A stretch of 64,000 nucleotides of DNA from Octopus bimaculoides (GCF_001194135.2 NC_068989.1:92104386-92168385), one strand, 5' to 3'; counted from the stretch's first letter, positions 1 to 13,309 are shown. A program made the numbers and translations. Notes: generated by a model not told the origin, from the sequence alone.

Positions 1-579
1 ATATATGTATTCTTTCATGTTCTGTGAATAAACGCTACAGTATATGTGTCGTTCATTAAGCGTTCGTATTTGCATACTTGTATAGCTATCTTCTAAACAG
101 CGTCTTGAAATAACTGTCTCTATGATACATACAGTAACTATATTACATATATGTCATATATGTATGACTGTCTATATGTAAGTGCGTGTGTGTGTGGATG
201 TATTTATATTCCTACCTATATAACTGCAGCTATCACTTAATTCATCACCATTGCCAAGATTTTGCATGTGAGGAGTTTAGTTATGAGAAAGAGGGAGAGA
301 GATATCTTATTCTGAAATCAGGAAAGAATTGAAACATGCTTCTAAACGCGAAGACATACATACACTTATCAAACAGCTATATGCAAACATATTCACACCA
401 ATACATACGCACACGCATAAATGTGCATCTATGCATATGTGTATATATGTATGCGTGTGTGCGTATGCATGTATATATTCGTACTTATTTTTTTTTATGT
501 ATTTGTATGTATGTATGTATATTGTCACACACATATATCTTTCTTTGAGAATTTGTACTTATCTGAAATTTACAAGGTA

Positions 580-634
<55 letters not shown>

Positions 635-1120
635 GCAAGTGTTAATGTATATACGAAGAGTGAAAACAAAAAGAGGAAAATGTGCGAAATGTGCTCAGGT
701 GTTCATATGAAAAATAATTCGGGCTTTATTTTAACCATTTTCAACAAGTTCCTTACAATTGCTAAAAGAGATAAGTAAGATTAAATGTTCCAACATGGAA
801 ACATACTGCAAAAATGCTGATTGTCATTTCATTCAAAAAAATCAATAGAAGTAAAAATAAACCTAAATTGAAAATAATATAATAAATATAGCAAGTGTAC
901 CAGTTGGCAGATTTCTTCAAAAGAAAATGCAACGGCGCCACAATTTCGCTATATTTATTTATTTGTCAATCCCTTTCTTCTTTTACGTTACAGCCGTTAA
1001 TATAACGATGAGTATCAGGTTTATTACTGTTAAAGCTTTTGTCATGCGTGTGAATGTGTGTGTGTTTGCATTCGTACAAATATGCATACATGTATGTATG
1101 TATTTATATATATGCACAGA

Positions 1121-1203
<83 letters not shown>

Positions 1204-1214
1204 GAATACATATT

Positions 1215-1500
1215 CTTTTATTCGGTTAATTGTTTCAGTCATTTGACTGCGGCCACGCTGGAGCACCGCTTTTAGTCAAGCAAATCGACCCCAGGATTTA
1301 TTCTTTGTAAGCCTAGTACTTATTCTATCGTTCTGTTTCGTAAACACCAAGTTCGTGTGTCAAACACACACATATACACTTGTGTATATGGGGGACAAAC
1401 ACACACACACACACATATACACTTGTCCAAGTTCCATACAGTGGGACTGAAAGCGGGACCATGTGGTTGCTAAGCAAGCTATTTACTACAGAGGCACACC
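1215..1500 (-). mobile_element. tRNA-derived SINE, family A, internally deleted copy
   Basis: Shares CAGTCATTTGACTGCGGCCA-GCTGGAGCACCGC..TAGTC.AGCAAATCGACCCCAGG and the head segment GTGGGACTGAA..GG.ACCATGTGGTTG with copies at 13310, 28170 and 58770 in this window. Confidence 0.85.
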
Positions 1501-1512
1501 TGCGCATATATA

Positions 1513-1623
<111 letters not shown>

Positions 1624-2210
1624 TATGAAAAAACACAGATTATATAGCTTTTTCAACTCTCAGTTTGATGAGAAATGAGAAATCTTTCCTTATTTATGTT
1701 GAAAAAACAAAACTTTATTTTGTACAAAATTGTATATCTTTATTATCATGGCTCTAATATATGTTTAAATCCCGTAAAACAAATCTGTATTTTTTATCTT
1801 TTCTCTTTCTCCCTCTATATCCACCACGTGTGTTTCCTTACTAAGGTACTTTCTACCTTAATATGTGACTATTATTCGGTTGTCTTAATAATAAGAATCC
1901 AAGTTTTGGATGTCGGGGTCGAAACCTGCTCCGGCATCACGTCAGTTATCGAGATAATGCTATGAATTGACCGTTAAATAAGGGGAAAAAACCGAAGGGG
2001 AGAAAGTAAGAAGTACAAAAGTAAAAATGCTCAAAGCAATCGCGTATGCACGCATGCACATACGCACACATACCCCCACACCCACCCACGTACATGTACC
2101 GATATGCATATGCTCACTCACATGGAACACATACATGTGCACCCACACATACGCCAAGAAACGCACATATATATATGCAACCATGCATGTACACGTATAC
2201 ATATCCACAC

Positions 2211-2270
2211 ACACACACGCACACACACGCACACACACGCACACACACGCACACACACGCACACACACAC
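2211..2270. repeat. 10-bp tandem repeat (ACACACACGC)n
   Basis: About six consecutive units read directly. Confidence 0.9.
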
Positions 2271-2659
2271 ACGTGCACATACCCATACGCGCACAATTAT
2301 ATTCAAATACACGACTAAAATACGCACATGCTATATATGCATATGCTCACTCACGCTCGCATGTATACCCACATATATAAGCAACCATACACATGTACAT
2401 GTACATATATGCCTACACGCATACACGCGCGCATGAAAAAGTTTATATACACGTCTATATACGCACATGCACAAGAAAAATGCAGGGTGAAAGGTAAAAT
2501 ACAGAAACAGATGTGTAAAAATGTATGAAGCAATACAAATATAAATACATATCTATAAATATGTAAAAAATATATAAAAAATATATATAAAAAGTATAGA
2601 GAGATAAAATGCTTGTATGTGTACACAATATAAAAAGCAGGTTCTATCTGTGATCTTGG

Positions 2660-3015
2660 GGAGATCCAAAAACGTAACAAATATTTAGCCATATGTGGAC
2701 ATGATCCAAAAAGTTCAGTTCTTGAATTTAGACATGTAGCGGGGTCTAAGCTGCTTTTCCAGGTGAGTCATCTTTCCATATTACAAAGACCGCACTTTCC
2801 ACTGCCTTTGGTGTAAGGCTTACACTTGGCTAAGATCTTCCAATGGATGTTGTAATTGACACCTTTATCTTTTAAGGACCATATATGACTAGATAATTTG
2901 GTCGTTTTCCTTTTATCCCAGTGTCTGAAGCTCAAGGTATAATAGCTGAACCTGGCCTTAAAATTCCCCTCTGTAAGACCCACATATTTCTTCATCGAAA
3001 CTGTGTCCTTAGTAG
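2660..3015 (-). pseudogene. Penelope-like element, GIY-YIG endonuclease C-terminal remnant
   Basis: Minus frame reads KKYVGLTEGNFKARFSYYTLSFRHWDKRKTTKLSSHIWSLKDKGVNYNIHWKILAKCKPYTKGSGKCGLCNMER*LTWKSSLDPATCLNSRTELFGSCPHMAKYLL. This matches the typical PLE GIY-YIG tail pattern (YIG.TE..FK.R...H..SFR, LS.HIW.LK, C.LC..E, LN.R.EL...C.H), with one in-frame stop. Confidence 0.9.
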
Positions 3016-3212
3016 ACGTCCTGTTCGATCTTCATCTTCAAGGCAGAAATCACCACTTCTGAATTTTGCAAACCAGCTTCAACAAGTTCTTTGATTCAAG
3101 TATTCTTTTTTCCATAAACTGAGAGTATGTTTCGAGTCGGTTCGGCTGCAGAGTTTCCTTTTCTGTACTCATAAAGCATTATGTGCCTCAAATGCTCTTT
3201 GCATACTTCTAG
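3005..3212 (-). pseudogene. mariner transposase N-terminal HTH remnant
   Basis: Minus strand, with a frameshift and a stop, reads EVCKEHLRHIMLYEYRKGNSAAEPTRNILSVYG..C*SWFAKFRSGDFCLEDEDRTGR, matching the mariner W(F)..F..GD..LED..RSGRP motif. Confidence 0.9.
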
Positions 3213-3360
3213 AAAGGGTTTTAATCAAAGAAATTTTAATTTTATTATTCTGTAAAATANNNNNNNNNNNNNNNNNNNNNNNNNNNNNNNNNNNNNNNNN
3301 NNNNNNNNNNNNNNNNNNNNNNNNNNNNNNNNNNNNNNNNNNNNNNNNNNNNNNNNNNNA

Positions 3361-3545
3361 TATATAGACACCTATATATATATATATAGACACCTATATA
3401 TATATATATGTATATATATATAGACACCTATATATATATATACGTATATATATATAGACACCTATATATATATATATACGTATATATATATAGACACCTA
3501 TATATATATATATACGTATATATATATAGACACCTATATATATAT
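3361..3545. repeat. minisatellite of a GACACC core embedded in (TA)n
   Basis: AGACACCTATATATA... recurs six times next to a gap, later units at about 34-36 bp spacing. Confidence 0.85.
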
Positions 3546-3561
3546 ATATATATACACACAG

Positions 3562-3604
<43 letters not shown>

Positions 3605-4239
3605 AACACACATATATATATCTATATATATAATATTTATATATATATATATAGGTGAGAAAGTTGGTGTGTGAAAGGACGTGGTTGTATGTATAAAAGA
3701 TAAGTGTGAAAAAACTACAGAAGGCTTGTGTTACATGGTTAAAGTATATATTTAAATTATGTCAGAAAAATGTTATAAAATCTTTTTGGTATATAAACAT
3801 TGTATTTTGAGAAATAACCGGTTTCGTGTTGTCTTTTCAAATTTCTCTACTTCATTGTGTCGTGTTCGCTCCAGTCTGAGAAAGAAGAGTTCTAGATAGG
3901 GGGAGGTAATTAGGGATTTCTTCCGGTATAGGGGAGATAATCGAAATCTCGGAGGTGGTGGAATTTGATTAATTTACCATGGTTTTGTTCTATATTTTTT
4001 CCCCTTTTTTTCTCAGTGGGGTGATGAATTTCCTTATTTAAATGTGTTAGCAATGGTTAAGTTTGTGTTTGTATTTTTGAATGAAAAAGGTTTCCTTATT
4101 TAATCTAATCTGTGTTGGTGTTTTAATGGCACATTGATAAAAAGGAAAGATTATAAATTGTGGTAGCATTTGTTTTGCGCATTTCTCAATATGATCACTA
4201 AAAGGTATCATACACACACACATATATATATATATATAA

Positions 4240-4281
<42 letters not shown>

Positions 4282-4299
4282 CACACACACACATATATG

Positions 4300-4330
<31 letters not shown>

Positions 4331-5544
4331 CTTTAGCACGAATGTGGTGTCTATTTACACACAGATGGACAGAGCCAGAATTGATAAGGTTGTTACATGT
4401 CCATGGCTATAACAGTCCATAGGTGAAAGATTAGATACAAGCTGCTGAAGTTTCCTCGATTAAACCAACACGCTATCTACCCATCACCGTTTTGTTTTTA
4501 CTTCATCTCAACAAATCGCTTATCATTTTGAATAATGTTTTTACATCGCCCAAAGTTAAATTTGAACGTGAGGTTCACAATCAACTGGTTAAGGCATTTA
4601 ATAATTTTCTACGCCATTTGTTCCTTTTGTAGTATTCTAATAAATTCAGATATTCAAATAACTATGTAATCCGTAGTTGTTCACTCTCACACCTAATTGA
4701 GTTCCTAATAAACCTCTTCCTTTGTTTCTGTTTTCTTTCCCTTTCACTCCAGCATATTTTCCGTTTTCACTTTTCCGCTTAACAAACCAAGCCCGCAGAT
4801 CTAAAGGAAATTTGCATGCAGAAGTTGAGCGCTCGTTTAGCTTTGAAGCGAGCATAACAATAGCAGAGCAGACGCAGAGCGCAATGGGGGTGATGGGGCG
4901 CTGCATAACAAGGTATGTAACTAAATACGTTATAGAATTTGGTTTTCTCCCTCGGGGTCCAGGGTTAAAAATTTTCTTCTCTCGATGTTGGTGTTCCTTC
5001 TCACAGTTCCCAATTAAATGAGTACTAATAATGTACATAGGCAAATGTGTTTCATCGTTTATACAGCTTCTTAACAAAAATGCTCACTACTTATGAAATA
5101 AATCGGTTTTATAATAGTTAAAGAAATCGATAATAATTTTTAATTTCCGTCAGCTTCATTCCATATACATCATTAAAATCTCTAAGAATGGAATGAGATC
5201 GGGAAACTTCGATTTTGATGATGTCTGCACGTCGAAAATATAAGAGTCTGAAAAAAAAATTTGTAACGTGTGGGTCTGTTGCATAAAGATGCACACTTGT
5301 TTATTTACATGCACATGTCGTATACACAAACACATACACGCACACGCACGCACACAAAATAAACTGAAATGGTATACACACGCACATAGTCATATAAACA
5401 TTTTCTATAAGATATGAATATGAACAAAAAAAAATTAATATTGCGAAATACATTCCCGTATGTCTGTAGATATTCATATATTTATTGCAGCTTGTTTAAC
5501 TCTCCCCGACATACAGCATGGGACGTATGCGTGTTCGTCTGTGA

Positions 5545-5725
5545 TTGTTTCATCACTGCTTGACCTCGAGTGTTGGTTTGTTTATTCCCCATCACTTTAG
5601 CGGTTCAGCAACAGAAATCATTAGAAAAAGAACTAAACTTTAAAAGTATACACTGGAGTTAATTTCTTCCACTAAACCCCACCAAAGCGGTGCCACAGCC
5701 TGGCTGCAGTCCAATGACTGAAATA
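5545..5725 (+). mobile_element. SINE family A, 3' portion
   Basis: GCGGTGCCACAGCCTGGCTGCAGTCCAATGACTGAAATAAGTAAA is the reverse complement of the family A tail motif. Confidence 0.7.
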
Positions 5726-5754
5726 AGTAAACGTTAGGATATTGTTTTCAAATC

Positions 5755-5910
5755 ATCGACCTCAGTGCTCCACTGGTATTTATTGTATCGACCCTGAAAA
5801 GATGAAAGTCGAAGTTGATCTTGGTGGAAAATGAATTCAGAACGTAAAGACAGACGAAATAGTGCTAAGCATTGTGTCCAGGTTGCTAATGGTTCTGACA
5901 TCTAGCGGCT
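5755..5910 (-). mobile_element. tRNA-derived SINE, family B
   Basis: GTATCGACCCTGAAAAGATGAAAG..GAATTCAGAACGTAAAGACAGACGAAATA aligns to the copy at 18425-18620. Confidence 0.8.
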
Positions 5911-6574
5911 GCAGTAAACGATAAAATATTTAAACGATAAAAGATAAAAGCCCGAAGTGAGGAAATGGTAAGCGAGAGGCATTTGATTGAATAAAGTGTT
6001 TAGAGCTACATGCGAAAGCGTTAGAGGTAAATGCGAACGATAGACCATGTTGTGAGGTAATATTTTTCACGAGGTGAGATGTGTAACCACAGAAGCAGAT
6101 TTAGAGAAAGTTTGGAGCATGTAAGATGTGAAAGAAATGAGAATCAGGCTCACCAAGATCGCGTTCGCGTCAATAGAACGTCAGAGTTTGTTAAGGAAAG
6201 TTGGGGGACGCTGCTTGCACGGATTAAATGAAACCGAAGTTTGTATAGAGTGATGCATGAGAATAAGAAATGGAAGTGAGTTGGTAGAAAGGCAATTCTG
6301 ACGTGTGGTGGTGCCGGGGTAGAAGTACATTCAATAGGCATGGTGTGATAGCGAGAGTAATTGGCACATGGAAGAGTGGCACTCCGTCGGTTATGACGAC
6401 GAGCGTTCCAGTTGATCCACATACAAGATAAATATAGACCATTTGGTGGAACTTAATCTCGAAATCAGAAACACTGGTAGTGGAGGAGAGGAATTGAGAA
6501 AGCGAATGAGTTGATCTGGGTTTAAAACCGATGGCGATGCTATAAGCTATGTGTGATGTAGTTGACTGAAGTGG

Positions 6575-6660
6575 TGAAGGCACGTAACTTAATGGTTAAC
6601 GAATTTGGCTCACAATCGTAAGGTGGTGAGTTCGATTCCCGGCGGAGCGTTGTGTTCTTA
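6575..6660 (+). mobile_element. tRNA-like head of SINE family D
   Basis: GTGAAGGCACGTAACTTAATGGTTAACGAATTTGGCTCACAATCGTAAGGTGGTGAGTTCGATTCCCGG contains A-box- and B-box-like motifs, and matches the reverse complement of 9770-9835 and 20740-20822. Confidence 0.75.
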
Positions 6661-6661
6661 G

Positions 6662-6768
6662 ATTTTTAGCCTGGTACTTATTTTATCGGTCTGTTTTGGT
6701 GAACTGCTAGTTTAAGTGGACGTAAACAAAACAATACCAGTGGTCGATCGATGTTGGGGACAGACACA

Positions 6769-6809
<41 letters not shown>

Positions 6810-6985
6810 TTATATACTATATATGTATGTGTTGGGGCTTCTCTTAGTTTCCGTCCATCAAAACCATTCACAAGGTTTTATTCGCTGGGGCTATTGTAGA
6901 AGATACGTAGCCAAGGTGCCATGCTGTGCATTGAACCCAGTACCATGTGGGTGGGAAGCACATTTGTTAACACAGAAACACGCCC
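6662..6985 (-). mobile_element. SINE family A
   Basis: Shows AGCCTGGTACTTATTTTATCGG, an internal (TA)n, and GGGCTTCT..AGTTTCCGTC..CACAAGG..GGCTATTGTAGAAGATAC..CCAAGGTGCCATG. Confidence 0.8.
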
Positions 6986-7092
6986 GTCTCTGGGTCATTG
7001 CTGCGAAGATCCACGCATGCGCCAAAGATCATTGTTACAAAATGCATTGTCAGGATTCTGATGAGAGTAGCATTTTGGACTCCCTTTACATG

Positions 7093-7098
<6 letters not shown>

Positions 7099-7128
<30 letters not shown>
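7099..7128 (+). repeat. poly(A) tract, 30 nt
   Basis: Read directly; no target-site duplication recognised. Confidence 0.95.
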
Positions 7129-7131
<3 letters not shown>

Positions 7132-7354
7132 ACCGATCTGGTCCATTGGGACAGACTCGCTTCTAAATAACAACACCAGCAACATGAAATCTAACATCAA
7201 CAACAGCAGCGTTTTGTCTCTGCAATTTATAACAGTAAGGGTTTTACATTTAAGCAAAAGAAAAGAAATAGTTTGCATTGTGCTATTACTGATTCAGACA
7301 GCATTATTAATTTAACCTATCACACTTCCGCACTCGCTCTCCATATACATACAA

Positions 7355-7582
7355 TACATACATACATACATACATAAATACACACACACACAAATGTATG
7401 CAAATGTTCGCATCTGTGTATGTATGTTTTTGTATGTGCGTGTGTGTAAACATATATATATATATATGCATGTCAAAAAAACATATGTGTGTGTATGGAT
7501 ACACATATACAGAAACATACATACAGAGATGCGAATATTTGCATACGTGTGTGCCTGTGTTTGTATGTATGTATGTATGTAT
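7355..7582. repeat. foldback inverted repeat within microsatellite DNA
   Basis: GTATGCAAATGTTCGCATCTGTGTATGTATGTTT (7396-7429) is the reverse complement of AAACATACATACAGAGATGCGAATATTTGCATAC (7513-7546) with 2 mismatches; the arms extend into (ATAC)n/(GTAT)n. Confidence 0.8.
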
Positions 7583-7622
7583 CTATTTATCTATATACAT
7601 ATATATATACATATATATATAC

Positions 7623-7686
<64 letters not shown>

Positions 7687-8361
7687 GGAATCGTAGCCGC
7701 ACAGAAATATACACACCTTTCCTGTCCACATACGTTTGTATACAGATCATGAAGAAGAGAGAGTATTACCGAGTACATAAGCCAGTTCTGTCAATAAGAA
7801 TTATTCTTTAGACATCTTACTCTCAGACTCCCACTTTCCCCAGTCTCTCTCTCTCTCTTTCTTTCTCTCTCTCCTTCCCCTCCTCTCACTCTCTCTCGTC
7901 GTTGATTGCATTAAATTTCTGTGAACGAGTCATGTCTACGAAAATGATGAATATCCTATTATTGTTTTAAGAGAATGGAATGAAACGGAGGGAAAATGCT
8001 TCCGGTGTTTTGTCACAAGTTGTCATCTTGAGTCTCGACATAGATTCTGATACTTGTCAAAGTGTCTGACAATGGAATTCAACAGAACCGATGTCACTTG
8101 AAACTAGACGGAACATATCAGGAAAAATTATTTTTCTCGATCGAAATATCAAATATTTCCTTCACATTTAGACACACTGACTGTTCATACACTCTCTGAC
8201 ATACATACACATACAAAGAAATATGTGTGTCTGTATATATATGTTTATCAACGTATCCATACTTATATACACACGTATATGCGTACATATATCTATACAC
8301 GTATGTATAGATATATATAAATATACACACATAGCATATGTACATGTGTGTGTGTGTATAA

Positions 8362-8393
<32 letters not shown>

Positions 8394-8614
8394 TAACATG
8401 TACAAGAGTGGATGATGTCTTGATTGACAAGAGCTATGTGTACAAAATATAAGTGCGTGGGTATGTGTGCGCGCACGCGCGCGGAAATGTGTAGTGATGT
8501 GTGTATGTATTTGTGCGTAATTTCTGTCTCACGTGTTCGCCTTACTAAAATTGTAGATAGTACCAATGGCGTATCTACAGATATAAATACCGAGGCATAT
8601 ATAAATACATACAT

Positions 8615-8649
<35 letters not shown>

Positions 8650-8694
8650 GCATACATATCTGCCTTTATGTGTGCATACATATGCGGAAGCGAA

Positions 8695-8870
8695 TATTTT
8701 CGTGGTTAAGCTGTTTTACTCATGACTTTAACATTGTGGTTTCGATTCCTGGACTGGGTGATGCGTTGCGTTTTTGACAAAGAGCTTCATTTCATATCCC
8801 TCCAGCCCACTCAGCTGGCAAAAGTGAGTATTTCTGCGACAGACTGGCATCTCGTCCAAGGAATGGGAAG
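8695..8870 (+). mobile_element. SINE family D-like, degenerate
   Basis: B-box-like GGTTTCGATTCCTGG followed by CCAGCCCACTCAGCTGGCAAAAGTGAG. Confidence 0.65.
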
Positions 8871-9514
8871 TATATATACCTGACAACAATCCTTCTGCTA
8901 AAATTACGAAGAATTATATTGGATACAGTGTTGCAATCGCATGGACATGGGTTAATGTCATAAAGTGTCAAAGAGAAAATTTCATCGTCATCAAATCTAC
9001 GTTCGGTAATGCTTTGAATAACCTAATCTCTCTAAACAATCGCCATATTTTACCAGTTAAACCTGTAAAAGACAAATTCCAGCTTTCCATCTAAAAAAAT
9101 AAGAAACTAAATAGGAAGTTATTCATTATGAGACTGACGTATTACAAATATAATGTTGAGAATAAGATACGTAGATTCTCTTCTACTCTATATCTAGATG
9201 GACGTGTCCATTCAACCCTAGGTGTGCTGATAACTCGGGAGATTCGAAAATCTAAATTGTTTGTCAAAGACACAATGGTACAGCATGATCTTGCAAAGTA
9301 TTTTTTCTTTTCTCTTTTACTTGTTTCGCACTTCATACTGCGGTCATGCTGGGGCACCATCTTCAACAAATCAACCCCAGTACATATTTTTCATCAGGGG
9401 AACTAATTCTCTCGTTCCATTCCGCCCCCATCCTTTTTTGCCCAACCTCTATGTTACGATGAGGTAAAGAAACCAAAACCGGCTGCCAAGCAGTATCGAG
9501 GCACAAATATAAGC

Positions 9515-9835
9515 ACAAAGATTCACACGGTTACGGCAAGGGTTCCATTTGATCCGCTAAACGGAACAGCCTGCTTATGAAATTAACATACATATGGATG
9601 AGTACTCCATAAACACACGTACCTTTAACGTATTTCTCAGAAATATTCAGTGTACACTGAGTGTGACAAGACTGACCCTTTGAATTACAGGTAATACTAA
9701 TTTTTGCCAGCTGAGTGGACTGAGGCAACGTGAAATAATGTGTCTTGCTCAAGGAAATAAAGCGCAGCTGTGAATCGAACACCTGATATTGCGGTCGTGA
9801 GCCGAATAGCCAACCACTAAGCCAAGTGCCTTCAC
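9515..9835 (-). mobile_element. tRNA-derived SINE family D, near full length
   Basis: The reverse complement begins GTGAAGGCACTTGGCTTAGTGGTT..GTGTTCGATTCAC (A/B boxes) and includes CCACTCAGCTGGCAAAAA; aligns to 20500-20822. Confidence 0.85.
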
Positions 9836-9839
9836 TACC

Positions 9840-9965
9840 AAATCCATTTATAGTGGTTTCGCTGGGCTGGGCCTATAATGAAATACACTTGCACAAGGTG
9901 TCCCGCGGTGGGACAGAACTCAACAATACGTAACTGAAAAGCAAGTTTCTTACAACACGACCAAG
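9840..9965 (-). mobile_element. SINE family A head fragment
   Basis: AAATCCATT..GGGCCTATAATGAAATACACTTGCACAAGGTGTCCCGCGGTGGGACAGAAC. Confidence 0.7.
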
Positions 9966-10546
9966 CAATATCTCTTTCCTCAAGATCTTAAATACGCCAT
10001 TCGTTCCCTTACTTACATATGTGTTCCCGGCCGTCGAAAGCTAAACGCATCCATCCACAGACGTAGTAACCTCTGGAAATGGTCGACCCAGACGCAGTCG
10101 TATCGTCCATTATCACTGCATTTCTTGTTACTCTGACAATATTTGCCTTTCAATCGTTTTATTCATGTCGTACACACAGGCTTTGCATATTCAAATGAAA
10201 GCGAAGTTTCATTTCAACGCAATAAATCTTTTTATCCGATTCAATGATGATGTTGTTATCAAACTAGCAAAACAATTTAAATACACGCACGATTCAAAAA
10301 ATATATTTGGTTTAAATACGTAACAAAATACTGAGTGAAGAATGGGAAATTTTGTAAACTAACAATTTTATGGATAAATTGTATTTTAATGAAAACCAAT
10401 TTATAACAGTTACTGTCAAAAAAGAAGATAAAAACAGAGAGAAAGAAAATTATATATTATATACAAAACTATTTAAATACGCCAAAAGAAAAACTTTAAT
10501 CAAAATATATAAGACAGAAATCCACAATATATATGTGTATGTGCGC

Positions 10547-10649
<103 letters not shown>

Positions 10650-11101
10650 TGTATATATATGTATATACATTCTTTTTCTTTGCTTTTGCATAATGCTAAA
10701 GGTGTAAATGAGTTACTTTCTGTTTTCGATATATATTTATAATTTATATTTGTTGTTTTTTTTGTATTTTGAAAAGAGAAAAAAAAAACGCAAAAAAGAA
10801 ATTGTCTGTGGATAATAGCTTGGTTCGAATTGATAATAACTTTTTCTGTATATACAATTCCACCGAGCATAGATATGACAAGAATGAAGAAAAAACAAAA
10901 AAAGGCAGAATGACTGGATTTCAATGCGTATGTGAAGGCTTTGCTTTTCTCAATTAATAAAGCAATGTGTGTGCGTGTGTGTGTGAGTGAGTTTGTGTAA
11001 CGTGTGTGTTATGTATACGGTGTATTTCTTACCTGTGTAGGTGCTTAGATCTCTGTGTAGGTGTTTCTGTGTGTGGGGGCGTATATGTTTATAATATGTA
11101 C

Positions 11102-11137
<36 letters not shown>

Positions 11138-11818
11138 NNNNNNNNNNNNNNNNNNNNNNNNNNNNNNNNNNNNNNNNNNNNNNNNNNNNNNNNNNNNNNN
11201 NNNNNNNNNNNNNNNNNNNNNNNNNNNNNNNNNNNNNNNNNNNNNNNNNNNNNNNNNNNNNNNNNNNNNNNNNNNNNNNNNNNNNNNNNNNNNNNNNNNN
11301 NNNNNNNNNNNNNNNNNNNNNNNNNNNNNNNNNNNNNNNNNNNNNNNNNNNNNNNNNNNNNNNNNNNNNNNNNNNNNNNNNNNNNNNNNNNNNNNNNNNN
11401 NNNNNNNNNNNNNNNNNNNNNNNNNNNNNNNNNNNNNNNNNNNNNNNNNNNNNNNNNNNNNNNNNNNNNNNNNNNNNNNNNNNNNNNNNNNNNNNNNNNN
11501 NNNNNNNNNNNNNNNNNNNNNNNNNNNNNNNNNNNNNNNNTATATATATATATATGTGTGTGTATGTGTGTGTATATATATATATATATGTGTGTGTATG
11601 TGTGTGTATATATATATATATATGTGTGTGTATGTGTGTGTATATATATATATATGTGTGTGTGTATGTGTGTGTATATATATATATATATGTGTGTATG
11701 TGTGTGTATATGTATATATGCGTGTGCGTGTATGTAAGTACATGTGTAGAAACAAGCATTTGGAGAGAAAAACACACGAATATAGAAATACATACACAAA
11801 TATATGTATGTATATATG

Positions 11819-11849
<31 letters not shown>

Positions 11850-12049
11850 CATTTTTATTGTGCGTGTCTGCGTCTGTGTGAGTGTTTGAGTGCGTTTTAT
11901 GTAACAAGATGCATATCTGTGCGCATGCGGGTACGCATATGCCTGTGTAAATATTCTACAATTTGTGTAAGTTTTTCAATGAATCTAATAGCTTCGAGGC
12001 AGGTACAAATGTCCTTGTTGCATGTAGAGACACCCAGTCTACATATATA

Positions 12050-12602
12050 CACCTTGTCTTTCTTACTTCTCTCCTTATTCCACTTCGTTTTCTGTATTTG
12101 TTTTTTTCTGTTTTTTTGTCTTCCGTATCACATTGATCTCATTGTGTCTCCAGATTTTTACTCCCTCCCACCACCACCACCACCACACTCACTAGTTTCG
12201 TCTCAATCTTCTGCCACAATTCTTATTCTGAAAACCTACCTCTGTCACTTTTTTTTCAGTTCCTCACCCCTCTCTGTTTCTCTCTCTCTCTCTCTAAATT
12301 CTTCCTCTTTTAACACGGTTCTTCAGCGTTTCCATGTATCTCCCCAACCACACGCACGCAACACACACACACACACATACAGAGAAATGCATGCATATAC
12401 AGATATTGTCCACAGTCTAACTTTCTTCCACTCACGCTCGTCTCTTTCTCTTTCTCTCTCTCTCTCTCTTTCTCTCTATCTCTCTCTCTCTGGACCTCTT
12501 TCTCCCCTCTTCCCCCCGCCCACATACGTTATCAACTTGTTTATCCCTATTTTAATCTGTCTTGCATATTTGCAATCACACGCGCACATACACGCACACT
12601 CG

Positions 12603-12635
<33 letters not shown>

Positions 12636-13290
12636 GAATAAACTCGCGCATGAACAAAAACAAGCATAATCTCCCCCCTCTCTCTCTCTGTCTACGCCTC
12701 TCTCTCTCTCTCTCATCCCTCTATCTGTCTCTTTCACTAGCTTTCACCTTCGCATATTGCCATTCTGTAAATATACACATCGCAGAGAGAGAGACACACA
12801 GAGAAAGAGAATCAGACAGAGAGATGGAGAGAAAAAGAAAGAAAGATAAACAAATAGACAGAAAGAGAGAGAGAAAGAGCACGGCACATAAAGCGAGCGT
12901 CTGCCATAACCCATGTTCTTCTCTATCAAACTAGCTTTCTCTCTCTCTCTCTTTGTCATATTTCTCTACCGATTTCTCTCTTTCTAACCCTCTTACTCCT
13001 CTTCCCTCTCACTACTACCTCTGACTGTTCTCACTACAAACACACTCACTCCCTGTATCTCTTTCTCTCTATCACATTCTCTCAAGCTCCTACTTCCCTC
13101 CTTTCCTCCAACTCAAGCAACACCCACCGTTTCACTATCTGTCTGTCTGTCTCTATCTGTATTTCGCCCTTCGACCACTCACTCCTTATGCAGAAACACA
13201 TGGACTTCATCCTTCTCCCTAACTCACTATCACTCTCTTTCCCTCTCTCTCTCTCTCTCCATCTCTCTATCTATCTGTGTGTGTAGACAT
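12050..13290. repeat. degenerate (CT)n/(CA)n/(GA)n low-complexity tract
   Basis: Composition read directly; the ORFs here are SLSLSL/HTHT-type artefacts. Confidence 0.85.
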
Positions 13291-13309
13291 TTTTTTTATC
13301 ATATATCCC

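Noticed and set aside
3816-3860. Minus-strand GAAACCGGTT hammerhead half
   Set aside because: The CUGA half reads ATGAAGT and stems I and II do not pair, so it is too decayed to call.
7056-7096. CTGATGA-GAGT..ACTC..GAAA hammerhead look-alike
   Set aside because: Nine extra bases separate stem II from GAAA, and there is no stem III or UH site.
9770-9835. tRNA gene calls at SINE heads (also 6575-6660 and 20740-20822)
   Set aside because: They have A/B boxes but no acceptor stem or terminator, and continue into SINE body sequence.
11061-12641. 526-aa ORF and other long ORFs spanning N runs (13629-14375, 19526-20284, 61852-62811)
   Set aside because: They are open only because of N gaps and dinucleotide repeats (YIYI, CVCV, SLSL).
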